NCBI GenBank assembly: GCA_964434115.1
Contig: CAYSSX010000011.1
Location: 3,605-67,604, forward strand
Direction of reading: 5' to 3'
Length of the DNA: 64,000 nucleotides
From: an uncultured bacterium
GTDB taxonomy: Bacteria; Omnitrophota; Omnitrophia; Omnitrophales; Aquincolibacteriaceae
Both the position numbers and the translations under genes were made by a program. Below, piece by piece: positions 56,657-64,000 of this stretch (its first letter is position 1; each line of letters starts with the position of its first letter). The notes under the pieces were generated by a model. The model worked only from the letters and a program-made list of their open reading frames with translations. It had not been told where the DNA came from and ran no database searches.

Positions 56657-57708
56657 AGAAATTTGCGCCCAGCCTTTATGATTTGACCCTTGCTGAAGCC
56701 GAAGCCCTCGCGAAGGAAAAAAATCAGCCCGCTTACCGGGGGCGGCAGATGCTGGAATGGCTGTACAAGCATTTGGTCAACGACCTTTCAAAAGCAAGAA
56801 CCCTCCCTGAAGATTTCCGCAAGAGCCTTTCAGAAACACACACGGCCTCCGCCCTTGAGCTGGTAGAGGCGAACCGTTCCTCCAATGGCGAGTCCACAAA
56901 GTTTCTTTACCGCACCCGTGATCAGCGGCTTTTGGAGACGGTGCTGATTTCCCAGAGCGGCCGTGAAACGGTCTGTGTCTCAACCCAGCTGGGCTGTAAA
57001 ATGGGCTGTGTTTTTTGCGCCAGCGGGAAAGGGAAATTTGGAAGGAATCTTACGGCTGGGGAAATCGTCGAGCAGGTCGCGGGGGTTGCCCGGAAAACTG
57101 AAAAACGCGTTTCGAATATTGTTTTCATGGGTATGGGGGAACCGCTGGACAACTTTGATGCCACGATGAAAGCTTTGGATATCCTCCAAGCCCCTTGGGG
57201 GTTCGGAATCGGCTCCCGCCGAATTACCGTCTCGACTTCCGGCATCACGCCAAAGATGATCGAGTTTGTGAAACGTCACGAGGGCCGGGTCAGGCTTTCC
57301 GTGTCCCTGCATTCGAGCAACGATAAGACGCGAACAGAACTCATGCCCATCAACAAACGTTATAACCTTCCCGAGCTTGTGAAAACGCTTACGGAAATTA
57401 ACCGTACGCTGAAGCGCGAAATCACCTTTGAGTTTACCGTGATTGACGGGATCAATGATTCCAAGGAAGAAGCCGAGGGGCTGGCCAGTATTTCAAAACC
57501 GCTGGCCGCGAAGGTCAATCTTATTCCGTATAATCCGATCAGTGAGATGGATTTTAAAACACCGTCCAAAGAAAAAGTCGAAGCCTTCCAGAAAATTCTG
57601 GAATCACACGGGCTTCGTGTGACCGTGCGCCAGACGGCCGGCCGCGATATCAATGCCGCCTGCGGTCAGCTGCGGCTGGACCGCGAAAAAGAATCCCCCG
57701 CCGCTTAA
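56647..57708 (+). CDS. rlmN: 23S rRNA m2A2503 / tRNA m2A37 methyltransferase RlmN (radical SAM)
   Basis: CVSTQLGCKMGCVFCASG radical-SAM CxxxCxxC motif, and the conserved downstream Cys in GMGEPL... Confidence 0.85.
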   Translation: MDLKKFAPSLYDLTLAEAEALAKEKNQPAYRGRQMLEWLYKHLVNDLSKARTLPEDFRKSLSETHTASALELVEANRSSNGESTKFLYRTRDQRLLETVLISQSGRETVCVSTQLGCKMGCVFCASGKGKFGRNLTAGEIVEQVAGVARKTEKRVSNIVFMGMGEPLDNFDATMKALDILQAPWGFGIGSRRITVSTSGITPKMIEFVKRHEGRVRLSVSLHSSNDKTRTELMPINKRYNLPELVKTLTEINRTLKREITFEFTVIDGINDSKEEAEGLASISKPLAAKVNLIPYNPISEMDFKTPSKEKVEAFQKILESHGLRVTVRQTAGRDINAACGQLRLDREKESPAA

Positions 57709-57784
57709 GCCTTCCCTATAAAGATCTCTGACAGAAAACTTCCCGGGATTGAATGATAAGGATGACTGAGCGCCCGTGAGGAGT

Positions 57785-58432
57785 CTACCGGGCAAAGCAG
57801 TAGAGGAACATTCCCGATTTTGAACCCAAAAGACGCTCCGGTGAAAGCGCAAAGGGCAGGACATTGAGGCCGCCGGTCTCGATGACGTCCATTCCCGCAT
57901 GAAGATCCAGAAGTTCCTTTTTTGTAAAAGGCTTTGCCGGGGCAGCTGTAGTTTCAGAGGGCGGAGGTTTCCATAGCGCATCTTGGTTGAGAACGAACGT
58001 CCCGACGATGCCTACGGGAGTTTTCATGCGTTTGAAATTTTTAAGGATGGAGAAGCGGTCTTTTTCCGGGAGGCTTTCGAAAAGCCCTGCTGTGAAAATG
58101 AAATCAAAGCGTTCATCGTAGCGGGAGCCCAGATCCGGGGCGAGAAGATCCTCCTTCAAATAGGCTTCGCAGCGGTTGTTTGTTTCCCGCCGTGTCAGGG
58201 CAAGGGCGCTCTCGGAATGATCGAGCGAATAAACAACACATCCCATGGAAAGAAAGTAATCTGAAAAAAAACCTGAACCGCACCCCGCGTCCAGAACAGA
58301 CTGACCGGGTTTCAAATAAGGCGCGAGCTGTTTCATAATCCGTATATGGCCCCAGCTTTTCTTTGTAAACCGCGATGCGCTGTTGTTTTTCCAGGGCCGA
58401 TCCCAGTTTTCCTGCGCCGCGCCTGTCCTCAT
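57785..58432 (-). CDS. Class-I SAM-dependent methyltransferase
   Basis: VLDAGCGSGFFSDYF motif I. Confidence 0.7.
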   Translation of the reverse strand: MRTGAAQENWDRPWKNNSASRFTKKSWGHIRIMKQLAPYLKPGQSVLDAGCGSGFFSDYFLSMGCVVYSLDHSESALALTRRETNNRCEAYLKEDLLAPDLGSRYDERFDFIFTAGLFESLPEKDRFSILKNFKRMKTPVGIVGTFVLNQDALWKPPPSETTAAPAKPFTKKELLDLHAGMDVIETGGLNVLPFALSPERLLGSKSGMFLYCFAR

Positions 58433-59439
58433 GCGTCATCATCAGCCTGTTGAAAGTAAAATTTAAAAAATCCCACCGCGGCGCCAAAAAACCAGAAGAA
58501 GGCCCGGACAAATGAAACACAGGCACCCACGAAAGCGGTTGCCGGATCCCGTGTCACGATGTAAGGGAAAGAGGCCAGCGAACAGATCAGGAGAACGAAA
58601 AAGGAAAGGCCTTGAATAAGAGATGCGCCGGGAATGAAGGAGGGTAAGAGCGCGGAAGACACAGTGAAAAGCCCGGCGGCAAGAATCTGGTATTTATCGG
58701 AGTTTCCTGTGTAACCGTCGCCCGAGCGTTTTTCCGGATGATCCCGGTAGACAAGCATTCTGTCATAACCCCGGCGGCATTGGTTTTTCATGTAGGCCGT
58801 AAAAGACTCAGGGTGGTAATGACCGACCACCGCATCACGAACAAAAGCAATCTTGTGTTTTTTTGAGATCCGGTAAGTAAGGTCCCAGTCTTCACCGCTG
58901 GGCTTCTTGTACATTTCTTTGAATCCGCCGGTTTCTTCAAGCACCTGTTTTCTTACGGCTAAATTGTAAGAGCCGTGCGCGTCGACCGTTTTGCCGATAC
59001 GGCTGTGGCGCCAGGCAATCTCCAGACCGATGAAACGGGCCAGAATATTTTCAGGGTTCATGGTTCTGTAAGTTCCGGCACTGGCACCGACATTGGGATT
59101 TTCAAAGGGAACGATCAGTTTTTCAAGCCAATCCGGATCCGGAACGCAATCGCCGTCCGTGAAGACACAGATTTCGGAGAGGCTGCCCTTCCAGCCGAGG
59201 TTACGTGCCGCTGCCGGGCCTCGGTTGTTTTGATGAAAAATACGCAGCCGGGAATTCTGGAGAGCGGAATCGCGGAGAATGGCATTGGTTCTATCGGAAG
59301 AGCCGTCATCGACAATGATGATTTCTTGCGGCTGATGGGACTGCTTGCTTAAAGCGCTTAGCAGGTGAGGAAGGTGTTTTTCCTCATTAAAAACAGCAAC
59401 CACAACCGCAACCCTATACGCAGAAATTTCTGAAGGCAT
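58429..59439 (-). CDS. GT2 glycosyltransferase with C-terminal TM segments
   Basis: VAVVVAVFNEEKHLPHLLSALSKQ...IIIVDDGSSDRT...TDGDC motifs, plus a hydrophobic C-terminus. Confidence 0.75.
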   Translation of the reverse strand: MPSEISAYRVAVVVAVFNEEKHLPHLLSALSKQSHQPQEIIIVDDGSSDRTNAILRDSALQNSRLRIFHQNNRGPAAARNLGWKGSLSEICVFTDGDCVPDPDWLEKLIVPFENPNVGASAGTYRTMNPENILARFIGLEIAWRHSRIGKTVDAHGSYNLAVRKQVLEETGGFKEMYKKPSGEDWDLTYRISKKHKIAFVRDAVVGHYHPESFTAYMKNQCRRGYDRMLVYRDHPEKRSGDGYTGNSDKYQILAAGLFTVSSALLPSFIPGASLIQGLSFFVLLICSLASFPYIVTRDPATAFVGACVSFVRAFFWFFGAAVGFFKFYFQQADDDA

Positions 59440-59445
59440 GAGGGG

Positions 59446-61059
59446 CTAGGATGCTTCAGGGGTTCGTGCTACATGGGCCATGTTTACGCTTTTCTGAGCT
59501 GCGTCTCCTCCCGCTGAAGAGGGGGGTTTTGGTTCTGAAGAAGAAGGCGCTTTCGGGGTTTTGTCAGTGGTGTACATGGCCACCAGCTTTTGAATGAAAT
59601 ATTGAAGGCCCTTCACAATCCGTGAACGCTCTCTGGGCTTCAAAGCGAACTGTTTTAATTTTGACCAAAGGTAGCCAGGGCGAAAGTAAAACTCTTTAAG
59701 GGCTTGGTCGCAGAAAGCCGTCAGTTCTTCTTTTGAGATGCTGGTGCGGTTCAGCTGGGACATGTAATAGCCCGAGCCTTTGAGCCAGGTGGCGTAGTTT
59801 TCCGTTTCGAGCTCTCCGCGCTTTTTCGCTTCTTCGTAAGCTCGCGTGCCGGGGTAAACCATCATCGGAAAAAACTGGGCGGTATCCGGGTTCATGCGCT
59901 TTGCAAACTCAAGCGTGCCGCGCATCGTATCTTTCGTTTCTCCCGCACCGCCGAGTAAAAAGCACCCGTGAATAAGGATGCCCGCCTGCTTGCAGGCATC
60001 GACGAATTTTTCACGGATCTTGCCCGTGGCCCCGCCTTTTTTCATATTGCGAAGCATCTCCTGATCATCCGATTCAAAACCCACGCAAAACAGCCGGCAC
60101 CCTGATTTATGCATCAGCTTCAGAAGCTCAACATCGTCAAAATCCGCACGCGCATTGCCCGACCAGGTGACTTGAAGGCCCCGGCGGATAATTTCTTCAG
60201 ACATCTCACGCATGCGCACTTTATCGAGAGTCATGGTGTCATCTTCAAACATGATTTCTTTGTTATGCGGCCAGGTTTTTACGATGAACTCCATTTCATC
60301 GACAACGTCTTTGACGGAGCGGGCACGGTAACGCTGCCCCGTGATCGTCTGGGGAAAAACACAGTAAGTGCACTGATAAGGACACCCGCGGCCGCCGACA
60401 ATCGTAATTTCAGGGTGAAGCTGAGCGCCATAACTGTAGTTTTCAATTTTCAAAAAATCTTTGTAAATCAAACTGGCCCAGGGAATCTCGTCCATTTTTT
60501 CCCACATGGGGCGGTCCGCATTGCGAAGGAATTGATCCCCCAAACGGTAGGCGAGGCCAAGGACAGAAGAAAGCTCCTCGCGCTTTTTTCCAGCGCCGAA
60601 GTGATTCGCCACATCAAGAATCGTGAAGTCGTATTCTCCGACAGCCACAAAATCAAGGCGTTTGGACATTTGAAGGGTTTCTATCGGCCGGGCGGTTGCG
60701 TGTGTCCCGACAAGCATGGTCATGGCTCCCGTGCTTTCAGAAAGATCATCCATCACCTGGACGTCATGGCAAACGGACGCCGTGACCGTGGTGGAAACAA
60801 TGAGGTCCGGGGCGAATTTTTTAATACGTTCCTTGGTCTGAGCAAGGTCATAGCGGTCTGCGGGAGCATCAAGAAAATCAATGGTGTGTCCGCCTTTGCG
60901 TGTGACTCCCGCGGCAAGAGCAAGGTAGATCGGGTAATAAAGAGTTCCGGAAGGGGCAACGCCCGGAGAGCGGCTTTCGCGCGAGTAGCGCTCATGGAAC
61001 GGAATATTAAGAAAAAAAACTTTCATGGAGGCATCCTTCCCTTCGGGTTGCCCTAACAT
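59446..61059 (-). CDS. B12-binding-domain radical SAM enzyme (class B radical SAM)
   Basis: N-terminal cobalamin-binding-like domain, then GGRGCPYQCTYCVFP, which contains the CxxxCxxC motif. 537 aa. Confidence 0.75.
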   Translation of the reverse strand: MLGQPEGKDASMKVFFLNIPFHERYSRESRSPGVAPSGTLYYPIYLALAAGVTRKGGHTIDFLDAPADRYDLAQTKERIKKFAPDLIVSTTVTASVCHDVQVMDDLSESTGAMTMLVGTHATARPIETLQMSKRLDFVAVGEYDFTILDVANHFGAGKKREELSSVLGLAYRLGDQFLRNADRPMWEKMDEIPWASLIYKDFLKIENYSYGAQLHPEITIVGGRGCPYQCTYCVFPQTITGQRYRARSVKDVVDEMEFIVKTWPHNKEIMFEDDTMTLDKVRMREMSEEIIRRGLQVTWSGNARADFDDVELLKLMHKSGCRLFCVGFESDDQEMLRNMKKGGATGKIREKFVDACKQAGILIHGCFLLGGAGETKDTMRGTLEFAKRMNPDTAQFFPMMVYPGTRAYEEAKKRGELETENYATWLKGSGYYMSQLNRTSISKEELTAFCDQALKEFYFRPGYLWSKLKQFALKPRERSRIVKGLQYFIQKLVAMYTTDKTPKAPSSSEPKPPSSAGGDAAQKSVNMAHVARTPEAS

Positions 61060-61143
61060 TATCGTTGTTTTTGGGCAGAATTTAACCCACGAACCTACAA
61101 AACTATACCCTGAAATTATAAGTAACTCAAACTAAATAACTTT

Positions 61144-61177
61144 AAATAGCAATTATATTATAATAAATAGCAATTAT
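61144..61177. promoter_or_regulatory. Two perfect 13-bp direct repeats (AAATAGCAATTAT) spaced 21 bp apart, in the AT-rich region upstream of the radical-SAM operon
   Basis: Copies at 61144-61156 and 61165-61177. The two-helical-turn phasing suggests a dimeric regulator binding site. Confidence 0.4.
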
Positions 61178-61183
61178 GGGTGT

Positions 61184-61822
61184 TTAAACAGGCTGCATTT
61201 TACAGAAAACCTGAAACAAAAAAGACTGATGAGAAGCGGGAAACTCTTTCTGAACAGAGAGCCGGCTTCCGGTTTGAGAGGAAAAAGACTGTCCGAATTG
61301 AATCAGCTTGTCTTTATCCGCGGGTGAATAATAAGGGTGCAGCAGTACAAGAATCCCGCCCGGCGCAAGAGACTGCCAGAGATTTTTAAAAATCCGGCGC
61401 ACAAGATGAGGGTGGTGATCGGCGCCAAGATAAGGCAGAACGCTGAAAAGCCAAACCGCACCATAGGTGTGGGGTTTGGGATGAAAGCTGTCGAGACTGC
61501 TTTCAACAAATAAGACGGAAGGCCCCGAGATTCTTTCCTGGGCGCGGGCAAGGGCATCAGCCTGGATATCTAAAAGGTGGTAGTGAGGAATCAAGTCCGA
61601 TAGCGGATCATAGAACCAGCCTTCTCCGCCGCCAGCGTCAAGAAGGGGGAGCTGTGCGGCTTCGGAAGATCTCGCTTGGAGCGCTTCCCGTATCGAAGGC
61701 AAAAAAGGATCGCGCAGGTCGCGGCTGCGCCAGGGATCTTCCATGGCGTAAAGCGATGAAAGTTTTTTCCGCAGCCGCGTCTTAAAAAAGAAGTAAGAAA
61801 TTTTTTCTGCTAAAAGCATCAC
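61184..61822 (-). CDS. SAM-dependent methyltransferase-like protein (NodS/TehB-like)
   Basis: YAMEDPW motif and LLDAGGGEGW (a degenerate motif I). Confidence 0.45.
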   Translation of the reverse strand: MMLLAEKISYFFFKTRLRKKLSSLYAMEDPWRSRDLRDPFLPSIREALQARSSEAAQLPLLDAGGGEGWFYDPLSDLIPHYHLLDIQADALARAQERISGPSVLFVESSLDSFHPKPHTYGAVWLFSVLPYLGADHHPHLVRRIFKNLWQSLAPGGILVLLHPYYSPADKDKLIQFGQSFSSQTGSRLSVQKEFPASHQSFLFQVFCKMQPV

Positions 61823-61882
61823 GATTCCTGATTCGGAGAGGTGTTTTATTTACGGAAGAAAGCTCTCGTGAGTTCAGGAAAA

Positions 61883-63568
61883 TCATGAAGCTGTCATTTG
61901 TGTCTGAACCGGAGGGTCTTCAAGCTTCTGGAGCTGAGGGTGATCCCGGCGCCCCTGATTGAGCGCTTGAGAAAGGTAACCGTTCGTTAAACCGTCAAGC
62001 AGAGAGGTTAACTCCTCAAGCCGAAGACGGTTTTCATAAAAGGTACGGACATCCTGAGCCTTGGCATAGGCAAGCTCCATTTGCAGGCGGCGGCGCTCGT
62101 AGTAAAGACGCGTGGCCTCGGCAAGAAGGTCATTTCGAAGTTCGGTCATGAGTTTATCCCGGCTGTCGATGGAAGTCTGATTCGAGCTCCAGATAAAATC
62201 TCCAAGATCCCAGCTGACCCCGAGATCCCACCCGCTGTCGAGCTGATCGGGTCCCGCGATATAGCGGTCAGGGTCACTTGTGCCGCCCCGGTCAATATCC
62301 ACATTGTTTCCCCTGGAAACATCTCGCCCGAAAGATACGGTCGGAAAAAAAGCGCGAAGCCTTGACTCCGCATGCCAGCGGCGGGTTTTTCCCGGAGACA
62401 CATTGGCTGCCTTGATCACAGCCTTTTGAATGTCCCGGGCAGAAGGCTCCACGCGAAGGATGAGCTGAAGGAGCTCCGCGGTCTCTGGAAAAGGGGTTTC
62501 CCCTCGCGGAGCCATTTCCAGATCAGCGCCCAGAGGAAAAGTGAGAACGCCGTCGCCGGTAACAGCCGCAAGGGATTCCGAGTTTCCTGAAATTAAGCAA
62601 AGCGACTTCACATCCGTGGAAGAAAGACCTTGATAGAGTTCCCGCCAAAGGCCGCGGGCGGCATCAAAAATAAAAATTCCGGAAGATGTTCCGGCTGCGA
62701 GAAGCTGGGTTTTTTTGGCCCAAACCAAATAACGGATGGTGTGATTTTTTAATCCTGACAAAGGAAGGCGCCGAGAAGACATCTTCTCAATGTCATATTC
62801 AAAGACGCCATCGGATGTTCCAAGCCAAATGCGGAAAGGAGCGTGGTCTGAAAATTCCGCGGCCATAATTTCAGGCGCAGAAGCCGTTGATGATTCAGAA
62901 AAATCCGAGATGCTTTCATCCGAATCTTTTCCCTCCGGTGAGCGGAGGGAAAACACACAGCGGAAAGAGGACAGGGTATCGGTGACATAAACGCGGGAAC
63001 TTGTGATGACCCAGAAGCGGTCATTTTCAAAATGAATTTTCCGGACAGGTTCGCGGTCTGAAAAATTTTCAAACCGGTGCCAGGTGGCACCCTGGTCATC
63101 AGACTCAAAGAGGCCTTGGTCCGTTCCCGCGAGCCAGTAATCGGGATCCTCCGGCAGTATAGAAAATGAAAGCACGCGTGCGGAGCGGCTCCATTTCTTT
63201 GCAAAAGCCTCAGACCATTCTCCCGAATCCAAATTGCCGAAATAAGCGCCGTTTTCTGTAAGCGCAAAAAGTTTCCCGGGAAGAGCTGGAAATGCCGCCA
63301 TGTCCAAAATGGCCGCATCGCCATTTCCAGGTCTTCCAAAACTTTTCCATGTTCCCTCTTTTGTGCCGCCTAAAATTTCTGATGCCGATGCCGCCAAAAG
63401 CAAGCTGGGTTCTGCCGGGTTGGGTGCTAGAGCCGTAATTTTTCCAGGGGCCGCGGGCTGTTCAACCGGCCGTTCCCAAGTCGGCATCGCGGACGCAGAA
63501 ACCTCAAAAGCAAACATCGTTACAAGGGCCAAAAGCATTGTTTTTCCAAGAAAATGCATAAAAATCAC
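61883..63568 (-). CDS. Secreted BNR/Asp-box beta-propeller protein with a C-terminal helical (TolC-like) segment
   Basis: Signal peptide MIFMHFLGKTMLLALVTMFAFEVSASA. Asp-box SDDQGATW. C-terminal heptad-like region RNDLLAEATRLYYERRRLQMELAYAKAQ. Confidence 0.5.
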   Translation of the reverse strand: MIFMHFLGKTMLLALVTMFAFEVSASAMPTWERPVEQPAAPGKITALAPNPAEPSLLLAASASEILGGTKEGTWKSFGRPGNGDAAILDMAAFPALPGKLFALTENGAYFGNLDSGEWSEAFAKKWSRSARVLSFSILPEDPDYWLAGTDQGLFESDDQGATWHRFENFSDREPVRKIHFENDRFWVITSSRVYVTDTLSSFRCVFSLRSPEGKDSDESISDFSESSTASAPEIMAAEFSDHAPFRIWLGTSDGVFEYDIEKMSSRRLPLSGLKNHTIRYLVWAKKTQLLAAGTSSGIFIFDAARGLWRELYQGLSSTDVKSLCLISGNSESLAAVTGDGVLTFPLGADLEMAPRGETPFPETAELLQLILRVEPSARDIQKAVIKAANVSPGKTRRWHAESRLRAFFPTVSFGRDVSRGNNVDIDRGGTSDPDRYIAGPDQLDSGWDLGVSWDLGDFIWSSNQTSIDSRDKLMTELRNDLLAEATRLYYERRRLQMELAYAKAQDVRTFYENRLRLEELTSLLDGLTNGYLSQALNQGRRDHPQLQKLEDPPVQTQMTAS

Positions 63569-63687
63569 CTCATTGTTTAATTTTAAATCATAAAATATAT
63601 GAAAATAGATGAATCGTCAAGAAAGACTTGAGACTCGATAAATTCATGTTATAGTCACTCGCATTTTTACGCCCATTTGGAGGGGTC

Positions 63688-64000
63688 ATGAGTTTTCGCT
63701 GTGGGATCGTCGGGCTGCCGAACGTTGGCAAATCCACCATTTTTAATGCCCTGTCAAAGGCCAAGGCAGAGGCCTCTAACTATCCCTTTTGTACGATCGA
63801 TCCCAATAAGGGAATCGTGACCATTCCCGATCCTCGCCTGGATGCCCTGACAGAAATTTACAAGCCCGGAAAAACAACTTCCAACACCATGGAGTTCTAC
63901 GACATCGCGGGTTTGGTGGCCGGAGCTTCAGAGGGTGAAGGGCTGGGGAATCAATTTCTTGGACATATCAAGGAAGTCGAAGCCATTCTTCATGTTGTTC
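63688..64000 (+). CDS. ychF: Ribosome-binding ATPase YchF (Obg-like GTPase family), partial at the 3' window edge
   Basis: [22 protein letters not shown]...[10 protein letters not shown] is the YchF N-terminus, with an SD (GGAGGGG) upstream of the ATG at 63688. Confidence 0.85.
   Translation, partial: MSFRCGIVGLPNVGKSTIFNALSKAKAEASNYPFCTIDPNKGIVTIPDPRLDALTEIYKPGKTTSNTMEFYDIAGLVAGASEGEGLGNQFLGHIKEVEAILHVV

Overview
This is a bacterial chromosomal window centred on the replication-origin gene neighbourhood. Neither the six-frame track nor a routine annotation would list the two short homologous peptide genes at 38450..38563 and 47852..47998, which are the main finding here.

Core genes on the minus strand: rpmH (GTG start, missing from the ORF track), rnpA, yidD, yidC, mnmG, two perfect parS palindromes, parA and parB. 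rsmG is absent from this run. Core genes on the plus strand: dnaA, dnaN, a DUF721 (DciA-like) gene, gyrB, gyrA, serS and two tRNA-Ser genes.

DnaA boxes flank dnaA on both sides, and there is an AT-rich stretch between dnaA and dnaN.

Left edge: a minus-strand partial CDS for a secreted CBM-like protein (missed by the track), a GH94 glycan phosphorylase and a sugar ABC substrate-binding lipoprotein.

Accessory content, left to right: PhzF, an MFS transporter, a decayed class-II glutamine amidotransferase, PpiC and GlcG. Then a roughly 9 kb ABC-transporter-dependent (Wzm/Wzt) glycan cluster, with several GT2 and GT4 glycosyltransferases and a TPR/DUF1736 membrane glycosyltransferase-like protein. 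Then TerC with a candidate Mn riboswitch leader, LemA followed by two TPM-domain genes, and a methyltransferase.

The most interesting region is 37.4-52.5 kb. It is a dense locus with:
- two PqqD-family (RRE-like) proteins
- three HPr-kinase-like P-loop kinases, one of them fused to a GT2
- a PF14907-type nucleotidyltransferase
- a SunS-like GT2-TPR, a sulfotransferase, a FemAB-like transferase and a PhyH-like dioxygenase
- a cytoplasmic S24/S26-type peptidase whose Ser/Lys dyad is replaced by Cys/His
- two unannotated, mutually homologous short basic ORFs (37 and 48 aa) with strong ribosome-binding sites, each next to one of the PqqD genes.

I read this as a candidate, apparently uncharacterised RiPP-like peptide modification system.

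The right side of the window holds tRNA-Arg(ACG) directly upstream of tadA, tRNA-Ser(GGA) followed by a ~138-bp tandem repeat, an ABC-2 exporter, corA and rlmN. It continues with a B12-radical-SAM/GT2/methyltransferase operon that has 21-bp-phased direct repeats upstream, a secreted BNR-repeat protein, and partial ychF at the edge.
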